From Acidobacteriota bacterium (GTDB taxonomy: Bacteria; Acidobacteriota; Vicinamibacteria; Vicinamibacterales; JAKQTR01): a stretch of 64,000 nt of DNA. Below the pieces are notes generated by a model. The model was not told the origin of the DNA. It saw only the letters and a list, made by a program, of their open reading frames with translations, and ran no database searches. The stretch is taken from positions 62,813 to 126,812 of the forward strand of contig JBFMFH010000101.1 in assembly GCA_040752275.1 (NCBI GenBank), given 5' to 3'. A program made the translations under genes and the position numbers. Position 1 is the stretch's first letter. The number at the start of each line of letters is the position of its first letter. This document shows, piece after piece, positions 1-10,488 of this stretch.

Positions 1-779
1 AGAAGGCGGTGAAGGAAGCCAAGAAGGTCGCCGGGGTGAACGTGGCATGGACCGGCGAAGCCGGCAACTTCAGCACCGTGCCGGCTCCGGGCGATCTCAA
101 GCTGAATCCGAACGCGGCGTACGTGGCCTTTACGTCGAACGAAACAATCCACGGCGTTGAATTCAAGTACGTCCCCGACTCGGGCGGCGTGCCGCTCGTC
201 TGCGACACCTCATCCGACATGTTCAGCCGCCCGCTCGACGTGACGAAGCATGCGCTCATCTATGCCGGCGCCCAGAAGAACATCGGGCCGGCAGGGGTCG
301 CGCTCGTCATCGTCAGAGATGAGTGGCTGAAGCGGCGCGTCGACGATCCCAAGCTGCCGACGATGCTGAACTACGCGATCCACGCGGAGAACGGGTCGAT
401 GTACAACACCCCGCCCGTCTTCGCGATCTACATCATGGGCCTCGTGATGAAGTGGCTCCTGGCCATCGGGGGCCTGCCGGCCATCCACGCGATCAACGAA
501 CGCAAGGCGGCCAGGCTCTACGCGGAAATCGACCGCACGGGCTTCTACAGGGGCCACGCCGAGAAGGCCTGCCGGTCGCTGATGAACGTCACGTTCCGCC
601 TGCCGAGCGAGGAACTCGAGGCCGCGTTCGTGAAGGAGTCGAAAGCGGCCGGCCTCGATGGCCTCAAGGGCCACCGGTCGGTTGGAGGCCTGCGAGCCTC
701 GATCTACAACGCATTCCCGGAAGACGGCATCGACGCGCTGGTGCAGTTCATGCGGGAGTTCGAACGCAAGAACGGGTAG
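1..779 (+). CDS. serC: phosphoserine aminotransferase, C-terminal part (5' end upstream of window)
   Basis: ORF 9..779 stays open to the window edge. 'SNETIHGVEF' and the C-terminal 'GHRSVGGLRASIYNA' are typical of SerC. Confidence 0.85.
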   Translation, partial: KAVKEAKKVAGVNVAWTGEAGNFSTVPAPGDLKLNPNAAYVAFTSNETIHGVEFKYVPDSGGVPLVCDTSSDMFSRPLDVTKHALIYAGAQKNIGPAGVALVIVRDEWLKRRVDDPKLPTMLNYAIHAENGSMYNTPPVFAIYIMGLVMKWLLAIGGLPAIHAINERKAARLYAEIDRTGFYRGHAEKACRSLMNVTFRLPSEELEAAFVKESKAAGLDGLKGHRSVGGLRASIYNAFPEDGIDALVQFMREFERKNG

Positions 780-796
780 GCACCGGCGACGCCCTG

Positions 797-3298
797 TCAG
801 CCGGCGTCGGCGAGCACGTCGTGTACCTTCCGCGCGAGCGCGTCAGGACTGAAGGGCTTCTGGAGGAAGGGCACGTCACGCAGGGATCCTCCCTGCGGGA
901 CGAGGGCGTCGTCCGCATATCCCGACATGTAGAGGATACGCAGGTCTGGGCGTCGTTCCACCAGTCGGGCTGCCAACTCGAAGCCGTTCATGCCGGGCAT
1001 GACCACGTCCGTGAGCAGAAGATCCAGCCGGTCGGGCCAGCCGGTCTCGATCTCCAGCGCCTCGCTGGGCGTCCCCGCTTCGAGCACACGGTGCCCAGCC
1101 GCCTTGAGTGCCCGCACGGCCAGCTTGCGTAGAGCCCGGTCATCCTCCACCACCAGCAGTGTCGCCGACCTTCCTTGAGGGCGACTGACAGTTTCCGGCT
1201 CAATCGGATCGACGGGAGCGTCCACGCAGGGCAAGTACGCCCTGAAGACCGAGCCGGCGCCGGGCTCGGTGTACACCCAGATGTGTCCGCCGCTCTGCTT
1301 GATGATGCCGTGAACGGTCGCAAGGCCCAGGCCCGTTCCGCGGCCCTTCGCCTTGGTCGTGAAGAACGGCTCGAACACCCGGGCTGCGGTGGCCGCATCC
1401 ATGCCGACGCCCGTATCGCCGACCACCAACATGACGTGCGGTCCTGGGTTGACCCCCACGCGGAGAGAGGCGTAGGCCTCGTCCAGCAGAACGTCCTTGG
1501 TCTGAAGGGTCAGCCTGCCGCCGTTGGGCATGGCGTCGCGCGCGTTGATCACGAGATTGAGAACCACTTGTTCGATCTGGCCGGGATCGGCCGCGACATG
1601 CCCGGCTGCCTCGGTCGCGACCGCGACCTCGATGTGCTCGCCGATCAGTCGCGTGAGCATGGGCACCATCGCCTTGACCGAATCAGAGAGGCTCAGAACA
1701 CGCGGGGCAAGGACTTGCTGCCGGCTGAAGGCCAGGAGCTGATCGACGAGTGACGTCGCCTGGGAAACCGCACGATGAATCTCCCCGAGATCGGCTTGGA
1801 GCGGACTCGCCGGCGGGAGCGCCTGCGCGAGCAGTGACCCGTAGCCCTGAATGGCCGTCAGCAGGTTGTTGAAGTCGTGCGCGATGCCGCCGGCAAGCTG
1901 CCCGACGGCCTCCATCTTCTGGGACTGGCGCAACTGCTCCTCTGTCTGCTGCTGGTTCGTGACGTCAACGGCGATGCCTGCAGCGCGCCCGGGCGTGCCG
2001 TGCTTGCCGGGCGTGACCCTCCCGAGACTACTGAGCCAGTGCAAGCTACCGTCAGGCCAGGTGGTTCGATAGACCATCCTCCACTCGGCCCCTTCGCGGC
2101 CGGCTCGGTCGATTGCGTGCTGCACCGCGTGACGATCCTCGGGATGAACCCGATCCAGGAACGCCTCAAACGTCCCCGCGAACGCGCCGGGTGCCATGCC
2201 GTGAAGCTGCTTGAGCGTCGTTGACCAATGTACGGAGCCAGGCGGCCAGTCGGCCTCCCACAAGCCGACTCCCGCAGCCTCGAGGGCAAAGCGCATGCGC
2301 TGCTCGGTCCTTCGCAGTCTCTCCCAGGCGGTCGACCGCTCCTCCAGCACGACGGCCGGAACCAGGGACGAGAGGGTCGCCAGTGCGACGAACGCATGCA
2401 GTTGCATGGCCGTACTCACCCCGGTCTGACCCGTTGTTACAAATGGGCCCACACCGAGCGCAGCATGCCACGTCGCGAGAACGGCAAGGACAATCGAGCC
2501 CGTTGCCGCGCCACGAGGACCAAGACGAGCTGCGGCCCAGATGAGAATCGGGATACTGATATACGGATCCGGTTCGACGACCCAGCCGTGCCTCGGTCCC
2601 AGCACCAATTGTCCTGCCAGCAGGAGCACCACCAGGAAGAACACGGCCTCGACGGCCTGACGTCGCCCGGGCAGGGACTCCGGGCGGGCCCACGTAAGCA
2701 GCAGGGGTGCCACCGATAACATGCCGAGCCCATCGCCGACCCACCACACGAACCATGCCTCCCCCCACGACGTACTGAATGCGGCGTGGAGGATGGCCGC
2801 CCCAAGCAGCGCCGTCGCGCCGTTGGCGAATACCGCCGCGCCAACGGTCAGATACAGGACGGAGCGGAGACCGACCAGTCGAGCCGGCGTGCCGAGGGCG
2901 CGGGTCAGCAGCCATGCAGCAACCACGCTCTCCGTCTGATTGGCCAACGCGGACAGCACGGCCCGGCCAATCGGGGAGGCCTGGAGCAGGTCCGACCCCA
3001 GACATCCCAGAAAACCCCCGACAAGCAAGTACGGCCAGTCGCGCCGCTCCTTGAGCGCGAGCAGTCCCAGCATCACACCGGCCGGAGGCCACAGCGTCAC
3101 GATGCCGGCGGGAATGGCCAATGCATAGCCCACGCGGGCGCTGGCGAAATACGCGAGAGCCGACAGCATGACGAGCGCGAGCGCGTGGAACCTGCGGTGC
3201 TGCACGAAGGCGGAAACGACACGCTGCATCGGGCGCAAGCGTAGCACAATCGCTGGAACGGGCCAGACCGGAAGGGGCCCACAAGAGACGACGGGCAC
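797..3298 (-). CDS. hybrid sensor histidine kinase (MASE1-like membrane domain, PAS, HisKA, HATPase, C-terminal receiver)
   Basis: The N-terminus is multi-TM ('[14 protein letters not shown]'), followed by a PAS-like segment. H-box '[16 protein letters not shown]', 'DTGVGMD...GTGLGLA', and receiver 'LLVVEDD...[13 protein letters not shown]'. The start could instead be Met24 (3229). Confidence 0.85.
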   Translation of the reverse strand: MPVVSCGPLPVWPVPAIVLRLRPMQRVVSAFVQHRRFHALALVMLSALAYFASARVGYALAIPAGIVTLWPPAGVMLGLLALKERRDWPYLLVGGFLGCLGSDLLQASPIGRAVLSALANQTESVVAAWLLTRALGTPARLVGLRSVLYLTVGAAVFANGATALLGAAILHAAFSTSWGEAWFVWWVGDGLGMLSVAPLLLTWARPESLPGRRQAVEAVFFLVVLLLAGQLVLGPRHGWVVEPDPYISIPILIWAAARLGPRGAATGSIVLAVLATWHAALGVGPFVTTGQTGVSTAMQLHAFVALATLSSLVPAVVLEERSTAWERLRRTEQRMRFALEAAGVGLWEADWPPGSVHWSTTLKQLHGMAPGAFAGTFEAFLDRVHPEDRHAVQHAIDRAGREGAEWRMVYRTTWPDGSLHWLSSLGRVTPGKHGTPGRAAGIAVDVTNQQQTEEQLRQSQKMEAVGQLAGGIAHDFNNLLTAIQGYGSLLAQALPPASPLQADLGEIHRAVSQATSLVDQLLAFSRQQVLAPRVLSLSDSVKAMVPMLTRLIGEHIEVAVATEAAGHVAADPGQIEQVVLNLVINARDAMPNGGRLTLQTKDVLLDEAYASLRVGVNPGPHVMLVVGDTGVGMDAATAARVFEPFFTTKAKGRGTGLGLATVHGIIKQSGGHIWVYTEPGAGSVFRAYLPCVDAPVDPIEPETVSRPQGRSATLLVVEDDRALRKLAVRALKAAGHRVLEAGTPSEALEIETGWPDRLDLLLTDVVMPGMNGFELAARLVERRPDLRILYMSGYADDALVPQGGSLRDVPFLQKPFSPDALARKVHDVLADAG

Positions 3299-3391
3299 AT
3301 CTGCCCACCTCGGTGTCGACGCGGCTGTGCTAGACTCTCCGCCTGCCCCGGCGGGCGCGGGTGCCCGCCATCACATCCAGGACATCGTGAG

Positions 3392-6300
3392 GTGCTCATG
3401 AGGACGCATCGTCTGTCTGCGTTGGCCGCGGCCCTGGCTGCAGGGTTCGCGCTGGCCCTAGCCGCCCACGGCCCGGGTGAGGTCGCGGCCCAGGGGCCAT
3501 CGAGTTCCCCTGCCGCCGCGCTGAAGAGTCTCCAGTGGCGCAGCATCGGTCCCACGGCCCAGACCGGACGCGTCTCGGCGGTCGCGGGCATCCCCGGAGA
3601 CGTCAACACGTGGTATGTCGGTGCCGCTGCGGGCGGTGTCTTCAAGACGACCAACAACGGGGTGTCGTGGACGGCGCTGTTTGACGAACAGCCAAACGTG
3701 TCGATCGGCGACATCGCGATTGCACCCTCGAATCCCAATGTCATCTACGTCGGGACGGGCGAAGGGAATCCCCGGAACAGTGCGTCGTTCGGCGAGGGTG
3801 TCTTCAAGTCGATCGATGCAGGTGGACACTGGACGCACGTCGGTCTGAAGGACGCCGACAAGATCGCACGTCTGCGCATCGACCCGCGAGACCCCGATGT
3901 CGTCTATGCGTGCGTGCTCGGCGGCGCCTGGGGCCCGACCGAAGAACGAGGCCTGTTCAAAACGACCGACGGCGGCAAGAGCTGGCACAAGATCCTCTAC
4001 AGGAACGAGCGTACGGGATGCTCGGATGTCGACATCGATCCGACCAACGGCAACATCGTGTACGCCGGCCTGTACACCTTTCGCCGCTGGGCCTGGTACT
4101 TCGACTCGGGCGGCGGCGACACGGCCGTCTACAAGTCTTCGGACGGCGGAGGCAGCTGGACGAGGCTGTCGGGCCCGGAGGCCGATCGCGGGCTCCCGAA
4201 GGGGCCGATGGACCGCATCGGGATCGGCGTCGCGCGAAGCAATCCGAACGTTGTCTACGTGATCAGCGAGACGACGAGCGAGGGGGAGATCTGGCGGACG
4301 GACGATGCCGGCGCGACATGGAGGATGGTCAACAAGGACCCCAACATCAACTTCCGGCCGTTCTACTACTCGGACATCCGCGTCGATCCCCAGCATCCCA
4401 ACACCGTCTATTCCCTTTCGGGCCCGCTGCTGAAGTCGGAGGACGGCGGCCGGACGTTCACCCGGATCGGCAACTCCACGCACGGCGACCATCAGGCCAT
4501 GTGGATCGACCCCACGAACTCGAATCGGATTCTGAGCGGTGACGACGGCGGGTTCCAGGTGTCGTACGACGCGGGCGCAACCTTCGACGTGCTGAACAAC
4601 ATTCCTTTCACCCAGTTCTACAACGTCGACTATGACCTGCGAATCCCGTACCACCTCTGCGGCGGTTTGCAGGACAATGGTACCTGGTGCGGTCCCAGCC
4701 AGACGCCTGGGGCCCAAGGAACGCCCAAGAGCGAGTGGCAGAATGTCGGCGGCGGCGATGGCTTCTTCGCGGTGCCGGACCTGACGGACCCGGACCTGGT
4801 CTACAACAACCTCCAGGGTGGCGTCATCAGCCTGACCAACCGCAAGACCAGGGCGTCCTGGGGCGTGAATCCCTACCCCGGCGGCATCGGGTCGAGCGGG
4901 CAGTGGATGGCCCCGCAGAAGTACCGCTTCAACTGGAACGCGCCGATCGTGCTGTCGCCGCAAGATCCGATGACGGTCTACTACGGCGGCAACGTCCTGT
5001 TCAGGACGACCGATCGCGGCCATTCGTGGGAGGTCATCAGCCCGGACCTCACGACCAACGACAAGGAGAAGCAGAAGTCATCCGGCGGCCAGATCGTGAC
5101 CGACAATACCGCCGCCGAGTTCCATTGCACGATCATCAGCATCGGTCCGTCGCCCCTCGACGCCAACCTCATCTGGGTGGGTACCGACGACGGGAACGTG
5201 CAAGTGACGCGTGACGGGGGGAAGAGCTGGACCAGCATTTTCGCGCACGCACCGGGCCTGAAGCCCAGCGCGTGGATCAACAAAGTCGAGCCGTCTCGTT
5301 TCGACAAGGCCACCGCCTACGTATCAGCCAGCCACTGGCAGGACGGCGACTACACGCCGTACTTCTACAGGACGACCGACTACGGCGGGACCTGGACCAA
5401 GATCACCGACGGCCTGCTGCCGAAGGGCTGGTCCCACGTCATCCGCGAGGATCCGAAGAACCGGGACCTGCTCTACGCGGGCACGGAGAACGGCCTGTAT
5501 GCCTCGTGGGACCGGGGTGAGAACTGGGTCTCGATCCGCAACAACATGCCGGCGGCGCCCGTCCGGGACATCAAGATCCACCCCCGCGACAACGACATCA
5601 TCGTGGCGACCCATGGCCGGGGCCTCTACATCCTCGACGATGCAGCGCCCTTCCAGCAGGTGACCGCGGCGGTGAAATCCGAGGCCTACCTGTTCCCGGT
5701 TCGGCCGGCCATCCGGTGGGCCGGCGGCTCGGGGATGTTCCGGCTTAATGAACGCGACTGGATTGCTCCCAACCCGCCAGCGGGCGCCTACATCAACCTG
5801 TATCTGAGGAACGCGCCGGAACGGCCCCTCACCATCACGATTGCCGACAAGGCCGGGAGGACCGTGCGTAGCCTGCGCAATCAGCGCGCCCGAGCTGGTG
5901 TCAACCGCTTCGTCTGGGATCTGAGATGGGACAACCCGGCGGCCCGGGAGGATCCGGCCATGGCGGACATCCCGGTTGCGGTTCGTGCACGGTTCGGGTT
6001 CGGGAGCTTCGGACCCTCCGTCCTGCCAGGCGAGTACGTGGTCAAGGTGGCCGCCGGCGGGCGGGAACTGACCTCTCCCGTCACCGTCATGCTCGAACCC
6101 GGCGTCACGGTGCCGCAGTCCGACTTGCAGGCGCAGATCGACGCGGCCTTCGCGATGCTCGATGTCCAGAAGCGCCTCAATGCTGTCATCGACCGTATCG
6201 ACAGCCTGAGGGAGCAGTTGACGGCGCTCGACGGCTCGCTCGGGAAGCAGGCGCCACCGCCGGCCGTCCGTGGCCTGGTGAAGCAGACCATGACCAGGCT

Positions 6301-6559
6301 GAAGACGTGGCGAGACGAAGAGCTGGTGCGCCCGCTGTCGGGTCTTGGATACCGGCAGTATCCCAGACTGCGCGAGAATGTGCAGTCAGTGGCTGGCTAC
6401 GTCAATCGGGGCTTCAAAGCACCGAACGAAGGCGAGAAGCTGCGCATGAAGGAACTGGTTGACGAGACAGCCGCGGCCGAGAGGACGCTCGCGGCCATCG
6501 AAGGCGGCGAGATCGCGGCGATCAACGCAGCGATGAAGGGGGAGCCGCGGATACGGTGA
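3392..6559 (+). CDS. secreted BNR/Asp-box repeat protein (sortilin/VPS10-like, annotated glycosyl-hydrolase-like in relatives)
   Basis: Signal peptide 'LSALAAALAAGFALALAA'. More than 10 Asp-box motifs of the form SxDxGxxW ('TTDGGKSW','SSDGGGSW','TRDGGKSW','TTDYGGTW'). Confidence 0.8.
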   Translation: MLMRTHRLSALAAALAAGFALALAAHGPGEVAAQGPSSSPAAALKSLQWRSIGPTAQTGRVSAVAGIPGDVNTWYVGAAAGGVFKTTNNGVSWTALFDEQPNVSIGDIAIAPSNPNVIYVGTGEGNPRNSASFGEGVFKSIDAGGHWTHVGLKDADKIARLRIDPRDPDVVYACVLGGAWGPTEERGLFKTTDGGKSWHKILYRNERTGCSDVDIDPTNGNIVYAGLYTFRRWAWYFDSGGGDTAVYKSSDGGGSWTRLSGPEADRGLPKGPMDRIGIGVARSNPNVVYVISETTSEGEIWRTDDAGATWRMVNKDPNINFRPFYYSDIRVDPQHPNTVYSLSGPLLKSEDGGRTFTRIGNSTHGDHQAMWIDPTNSNRILSGDDGGFQVSYDAGATFDVLNNIPFTQFYNVDYDLRIPYHLCGGLQDNGTWCGPSQTPGAQGTPKSEWQNVGGGDGFFAVPDLTDPDLVYNNLQGGVISLTNRKTRASWGVNPYPGGIGSSGQWMAPQKYRFNWNAPIVLSPQDPMTVYYGGNVLFRTTDRGHSWEVISPDLTTNDKEKQKSSGGQIVTDNTAAEFHCTIISIGPSPLDANLIWVGTDDGNVQVTRDGGKSWTSIFAHAPGLKPSAWINKVEPSRFDKATAYVSASHWQDGDYTPYFYRTTDYGGTWTKITDGLLPKGWSHVIREDPKNRDLLYAGTENGLYASWDRGENWVSIRNNMPAAPVRDIKIHPRDNDIIVATHGRGLYILDDAAPFQQVTAAVKSEAYLFPVRPAIRWAGGSGMFRLNERDWIAPNPPAGAYINLYLRNAPERPLTITIADKAGRTVRSLRNQRARAGVNRFVWDLRWDNPAAREDPAMADIPVAVRARFGFGSFGPSVLPGEYVVKVAAGGRELTSPVTVMLEPGVTVPQSDLQAQIDAAFAMLDVQKRLNAVIDRIDSLREQLTALDGSLGKQAPPPAVRGLVKQTMTRLKTWRDEELVRPLSGLGYRQYPRLRENVQSVAGYVNRGFKAPNEGEKLRMKELVDETAAAERTLAAIEGGEIAAINAAMKGEPRIR

Positions 6560-6570
6560 CACCAGGAGCC

Positions 6571-6658
6571 GGGATTCGGGATTCGGGAGTCCAAAGTCGC
6601 AGCTCGGACCAGGTCCTGGCCCGGCGCAAGACCCGAATCCCGAATCCCGAATCCCGAG
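6571..6658. repeat. inverted pair of tandem heptamer arrays (GGGATTC x2 + GGGAGTC; CCCGAAT x3), a candidate bidirectional hairpin
   Basis: Read directly: 6571-6591 GGGATTCGGGATTCGGGAGTC and 6632-6658 CCCGAATCCCGAATCCCGAATCCCGAG are reverse complements. They lie between convergent stops at 6559 and 6672. Confidence 0.9.
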
Positions 6659-6671
6659 TCCAGATCCTCGT

Positions 6672-8003
6672 TCAGCGCGAGCGTCTCTTGCGTAGCAGCC
6701 CCTTGAGCACGTCCGTCAGGTCAGGCTTGCCGATGACCTGCAGCTCGTAGCGCACGCGCACCGTTGGCTTCCTGATCGTAATGATTCGATTCAGGTCAAT
6801 CGGCGTGCCGATGATGACCGTGTCGCACGGGGTACGGTTGATGGTCTTCTCGAGGTCCTTGATCTGGTGATTCCCGTACCCCATCGCAGGCAAGAGGGTG
6901 CCGATGCCCGGGTACTTCGCGAAGGTCTCTCTGATTGTGCCGACCGTGTAGGGCCGGGGATCGACGATCTCGGCGGCGTTGAACTTGCCGGCCGCGACGA
7001 TGCCGGCCCCGAACTTCATCTCGCCGTGTGTCAGCGTCGGGCCGTCCTCGACGACGAGAACCCGTCTTCCGGTGATGCGCTCGGGATGGTCGACGAGGAT
7101 GGGTGAGGCGCCCTCGATGATCTGCGCCTTCGTGTTGACCAGCCGGATGTTCGCGCGCAGCGCGTTGATGTTGCCGATGTCCGCCGTGTCCACCTTGTTG
7201 ATGAGCACGACATCGGCCATCCGCAGGTTCGTACCCCCGGGGTAGTAGGTCAGCTCGTTCCCCACGCGCAACGGGTCTGCGACGACGACGTGAATGTCCG
7301 GGCGGTAGAACGGCGTGTCGTTGTTGCCCCCGTCCCAGAGGATGACATCGGCTTCGGCCTGCGCCTGGGCCAGGATGTCGCCGTAGTCGACCCCGGCGTA
7401 GACAATCGTGCCGCTGACGATGTGCGGCTCGTACTCCTCGATCTCTTCGATCGTGCAGTCGTGCTTCTTGAGGTCGGCAATCGAGGCGAAGCGCTGGACA
7501 CGCTGTCTGTCGAGGTTGCCGTACGGCATCGGGTGGCGGATGGCGGCCACGCTGAGGCCGGCGCCGCGCAGCATCCCCGCGATGCGTCTGGTCGTCTGGC
7601 TCTTGCCGGATCCGGTTCGCACTGCGCAGACGGCCACGACGGGCTTCCGGCTCTTGAGCATGGTTGCAGCCGGGCTGAGAAGCTTGAAGTGCGCGCCCGC
7701 CGCATTGACGACCGAGCCGCGATCCAGGACGTAGGTGTACGACACGTCGCTGTACGAGAAGACGACCTCGTCGATCTCCTCCGTGCGGATGATCGACTCG
7801 AGGTCTTCCTCGGCGAGGATCGGGATGCCCTTCGGGTACAGCTTGCCGGCCAGCGATGCTGGATACCGCCGGTCCTCGATATTCGGGATCTGGGTGGCCG
7901 TGAACGCCACGACCTGGTACCGCGGATCGTCGCGATAGACGACGTTGAAGTTGTGGAAATCGCGCCCTGCGGCGCCCATGATCAGGGTTCGGGTGGGTTT
8001 CAT
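6672..8003 (-). CDS. COG2403 / cyclic-2,3-diphosphoglycerate-synthetase-like P-loop protein (candidate arginine-citrulline ATP-coupled enzyme)
   Basis: 443 aa. N-terminus 'IMGAAGRDFHNFN', Walker A 'RTGSGKSQT'. The start is 6 nt after the rocD stop, in an operon with OTC and carbamate kinase. Confidence 0.7.
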   Translation of the reverse strand: MKPTRTLIMGAAGRDFHNFNVVYRDDPRYQVVAFTATQIPNIEDRRYPASLAGKLYPKGIPILAEEDLESIIRTEEIDEVVFSYSDVSYTYVLDRGSVVNAAGAHFKLLSPAATMLKSRKPVVAVCAVRTGSGKSQTTRRIAGMLRGAGLSVAAIRHPMPYGNLDRQRVQRFASIADLKKHDCTIEEIEEYEPHIVSGTIVYAGVDYGDILAQAQAEADVILWDGGNNDTPFYRPDIHVVVADPLRVGNELTYYPGGTNLRMADVVLINKVDTADIGNINALRANIRLVNTKAQIIEGASPILVDHPERITGRRVLVVEDGPTLTHGEMKFGAGIVAAGKFNAAEIVDPRPYTVGTIRETFAKYPGIGTLLPAMGYGNHQIKDLEKTINRTPCDTVIIGTPIDLNRIITIRKPTVRVRYELQVIGKPDLTDVLKGLLRKRRSR

Positions 8004-8009
8004 GGTCCC

Positions 8010-9215
8010 TCAGCCTTCCAGCACTCTCTTCAACCGACCGAAGGCCCAGTCGATCTCCTGGCGCGTGATGACCAGGGGCGGCGCGAGGCGGATGACGCGC
8101 TCGTGGGTCTCCTTGCAGAGCACGCCTTCCTGCATCAGGCGCTCGCAGTACGGCCTGGCCGGGCCGTGCATCTCGACTCCGATCCAGAGCCCCCGGCCGC
8201 GGATGTCCTTGATGGCTGGGCTCACCAAGGTCCGCAGCTTCCCCATGAAGTACTCGCCGAGTTCGGCGGAGCGCTCCACCAGCTTCTCGTCGATGAGGAC
8301 CTGCAGCGCGGCTCTGGCCACCGCGCACGCGAGGGGATTGCCGCCGAACGTGCTGCCGTGGTCGCCGGGCTGGAACACGCCGAGGACCGCCTTGCTGGCA
8401 AGGACTGCCGAGATGGGGTAGTACCCGCCCGAGAGCGCCTTGGCCACGATGATCATGTCCGGCGCGACGCCATCCCATTCGTGGGCGAAGAGCCTTCCGG
8501 TGCGGCCGAGGCCGGACTGGATCTCATCGCAGATGAAGAGGACATTGTTCGCATTGCAGAGGGCCTCGGCCCTTCTCAGGTAGCCGTCAGGTGGAAGGAT
8601 GATGCCGGCCTCGCCTTGGATGGGCTCGACGAGAAACGCCGCCGTGCAGGGGGTGATGGCCGACTCCAGTGCCGCCGCGTCTCCGAATGGGATCACGACG
8701 AAGCCGGGCGTCAGCGGGCCGAATCCTCCCCTGTACTGTTCCTCTGTCGAGAAACTGACGATCGTCGTCGTGCGACCGTGGAAGTTCCCGGCGCAGGCAA
8801 TGATTTCGGCCCTGTCGGCCGGGATGCCCTTCACGGTGTAGCCCCATTTGCGGGCCGCCTTGATGGCGGTCTCCACCGCCTCCGCTCCCGAGTTCATCGG
8901 GAGCGACATGTCGTAGCCCGTCAAGTCGTGGAGCAGCTTGTAGAGCAGCGGCAGCTGGTCGTTGCGGAACGCCCGTGACGTCAGCGTCACCCGCTTCACC
9001 TGGTCCACCAGTGCCTGCATGATGCGCGGGTGGCAGTGGCCCTGGTTGACGGCGGAGTAGGCCGCGAGACAGTCGAGGTACTTCTTGCCATCGACGTCGT
9101 ACACCCATGCGCCCTCGCCGCGCTCGATGACCACGTCGAGGGGAAGGTAGTTGTGGGCACCGTACTTCTCTTCGAGCTCGATGAACTGCTGGCTTGATGG
9201 AACAGCGGACTGCAT
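8010..9215 (-). CDS. rocD: ornithine aminotransferase (class III PLP aminotransferase)
   Basis: '[14 protein letters not shown]', '[11 protein letters not shown]', and a 'KALSGG' PLP-Lys region. I chose the start at ATG 9215 (MQSAVPSS). The longer ORF to 9407 runs through a repeat-containing spacer. Confidence 0.85.
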   Translation of the reverse strand: MQSAVPSSQQFIELEEKYGAHNYLPLDVVIERGEGAWVYDVDGKKYLDCLAAYSAVNQGHCHPRIMQALVDQVKRVTLTSRAFRNDQLPLLYKLLHDLTGYDMSLPMNSGAEAVETAIKAARKWGYTVKGIPADRAEIIACAGNFHGRTTTIVSFSTEEQYRGGFGPLTPGFVVIPFGDAAALESAITPCTAAFLVEPIQGEAGIILPPDGYLRRAEALCNANNVLFICDEIQSGLGRTGRLFAHEWDGVAPDMIIVAKALSGGYYPISAVLASKAVLGVFQPGDHGSTFGGNPLACAVARAALQVLIDEKLVERSAELGEYFMGKLRTLVSPAIKDIRGRGLWIGVEMHGPARPYCERLMQEGVLCKETHERVIRLAPPLVITRQEIDWAFGRLKRVLEG

Positions 9216-9232
9216 GGCGCACCTTCTGGAAA

Positions 9233-9257
9233 GGGGATTCGGGGTTCGGGATTCGGG
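9233..9257 (+). repeat. tandem heptamer array (GGGATTC, GGGGTTC, GGGATTC, GGG)
   Basis: Read directly in the 176-nt spacer between the ATCase-like gene and rocD. It contains four G3+ tracts. Confidence 0.85.
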
Positions 9258-9391
9258 CGGCCCGCCCCGCTCCCGGGCCCTCCGCCGAACCAAACTCGCT
9301 TCGGCCCGCGGGTGGCCGCGCCCGGGGCCAGGATGGCAGAGCTGTCCGGCTACAAGTCCTCGGGCTTCTGGTTGCGCGGTCCCAGCATGGA

Positions 9392-10306
9392 TCATTCCTC
9401 GTCCCACAGGAGTGTCAGCAGGGCCATCCGGATGAACAGGCCGTTCTGGGCCTGCTTGAAGTAGAGTGCCCGCGGGTCATCGTCCACGGCCTTGTCGATC
9501 TCGACCGTGCGCGGCAGGGGGTGGAGGATCATCGCGTCGGGCTTCATCCGTCTGAGCAGGCGCGTGTCGATCGTGTAGCGCCCGAGCGAGGTCCGGTCGG
9601 CAACGCGATCCGGACGGATCCGTGTCTGATAGATGACATCCACGCCGCCGACAATCGACTCCACGTCGGTATGGAGGTCGTACCATACGTCGTGCTCGTC
9701 GAGGTGATCCAGGATGTCCTGCTGCATCTGGATTTCGGGCGGGCTGACGAAGTGGATCTTCACGCGCTCGAACTTGCTCAGCAGGTACGCGAGGGATCGG
9801 GCGGTCCGGCCCTGATCCAGCTCGCCGACGATGGCGATGGTGAGGCCGTCCATCGTGCGGCGTTCCCGGTAGATTGTGTAGAGATCGAGCAACGCCTGGG
9901 TGGGGTGCTGGCCGCCGCCGCCATCGCCGGCGTTGATGACCGGCACCGCCGAGACCCGCGCGGCGCGCTGTGCGCCACCGGGCTCGTTGTGTCGCAGCAC
10001 GATCACATCCGAGTAGCCCGCCATGATCCGGATCGTGTCCTCGAGGCGCTCCTCGGCGACCTCCGAGGAGAAGATGCGGGCGTGCTCCGTCGAGAGCACG
10101 CGCCCGCCGAGGCGGTACATGGCTGCCTCGAAGGAGAAGCGCGTGCGGGTCGACGGCTCATAGAAGAGCGACGCCATCACCCGGCCGGCATAGTCACGCG
10201 TGCCGCCGCGGGCCACGATCCGCTCCATCTGCCCGGCGCGATCGAACAGCTCCAACAGGAGCGGCACGGTGAACTGCTGCGATTCGAGGACGTGGGTCAG
10301 TTTCAT
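9392..10306 (-). CDS. pyrB: aspartate-carbamoyltransferase-type transcarbamylase catalytic chain
   Basis: '[11 protein letters not shown]', 'HPTQALLD', 'HPLPR', and no SMG loop. At 304 aa this is the ATCase pattern, unlike the OTC pattern of the neighbouring gene. Confidence 0.75.
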   Translation of the reverse strand: MKLTHVLESQQFTVPLLLELFDRAGQMERIVARGGTRDYAGRVMASLFYEPSTRTRFSFEAAMYRLGGRVLSTEHARIFSSEVAEERLEDTIRIMAGYSDVIVLRHNEPGGAQRAARVSAVPVINAGDGGGGQHPTQALLDLYTIYRERRTMDGLTIAIVGELDQGRTARSLAYLLSKFERVKIHFVSPPEIQMQQDILDHLDEHDVWYDLHTDVESIVGGVDVIYQTRIRPDRVADRTSLGRYTIDTRLLRRMKPDAMILHPLPRTVEIDKAVDDDPRALYFKQAQNGLFIRMALLTLLWDEE

Positions 10307-10317
10307 AGGAACTTGCC

Positions 10318-10476
10318 AGAAGACAGGAGACAGAATACAGAAGACAGAATCACGTCGAGAGCCGCTGGACGCGGCTCCTTCTCTCTGGGGTCATGCCTCA
10401 CCCGCTGACCGCGGCGCATGCCTGTCAAGTAGATGCTCCCCATTCTGTCTTCTGTCTCCTGTATTCTGTCTTCTCT
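10318..10476. repeat. inverted pair of purine-type heptamer arrays (AGAAGAC/AGGAGAC/AGAATAC x5 versus their complements) flanking a GC hairpin
   Basis: 10318-10352 reads AGAAGAC AGGAGAC AGAATAC AGAAGAC AGAATCA. 10442-10476 reads ATTCTGT CTTCTGT CTCCTGT ATTCTGT CTTCTCT. An internal hairpin GAGCCGC-tggac-GCGGCTC lies at 10359-10377. Confidence 0.85.
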
Positions 10477-10488
10477 TCCCCTCGTGCG

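Noticed and set aside
9216-9407. A 64-codon N-terminal extension of the ornithine aminotransferase ORF.
   Set aside because: The extension runs through the heptamer array and is Arg/Pro-rich. The internal ATG at 9215 gives a canonical ~400-aa OAT N-terminus ([23 protein letters not shown]).
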